Positions 63,837 through 64,000 of a DNA stretch of 64,000 nucleotides are shown here, piece by piece (within the stretch, counting starts at the first letter, position 1; the number at the start of each line of letters is the position of its first letter). The notes beneath the pieces are model-generated. The model was given only the letters and a program-made list of their open reading frames with translations, did not search any database and had not been told where the DNA came from. The stretch comes from Podarcis tiliguerta (Eukaryota). The position numbers were made by a program, and so were the translations under genes. The stretch lies in assembly GCA_965153285.1 (NCBI GenBank), contig OZ229119.1. One strand, 5' to 3'.

Positions 63837-64000
63837 CAAATGCCCACTTGCTTCTGAGAGAACATTAGGCTGTTTGCATCAAAACTAAACACTTCTGTCT
63901 TTTAATAAAATGTGGAGCCTGAGTAGTATTGGTACCTATTCCACTGTGTTTGGGTGATCTTCAACCCTTGTGACACTTCCAGGGTATTTGCTTTCTAATG

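Noticed and set aside
61799-64000. MYH9 exon 24
   Set aside because: No continuation of the coiled-coil peptide found; the Glu/Lys-rich frame at ~63390-63486 belongs to the L1 insertion

Overview
Eukaryotic (vertebrate) genomic DNA, almost certainly from a squamate reptile. The four Sauria-SINE copies resemble the lacertid/Podarcis type (inference from recalled consensus). The window holds the 5' half of MYH9 (non-muscle myosin heavy chain IIA) on the + strand: a CpG-island promoter with non-coding first exon(s) at ~5.0-5.7 kb, a ~19 kb first intron, and 22 constitutive coding exons from 24759 to 61798 (2976 nt, 992 codons, all phases joining without stops). These cover the SH3-like domain, motor domain, IQ neck and start of the coiled-coil rod; the gene continues past the window end. 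Points of note: a U12 (minor-spliceosome) intron at 44678-45419, an in-frame 63-nt loop-2 cassette exon at 55132-55194, and a candidate degenerate or poison micro-exon at the loop-1 insertion site (~39850-39873) followed by RBFOX-like motifs. Also a ~140-bp local duplication in intron 1, a perfect 19-bp hairpin in intron 9, and many transposon relics, several with clear target-site duplications. I found no evidence of a wholly new multi-gene system; the most novel-looking signals concern MYH9 splicing and regulation.
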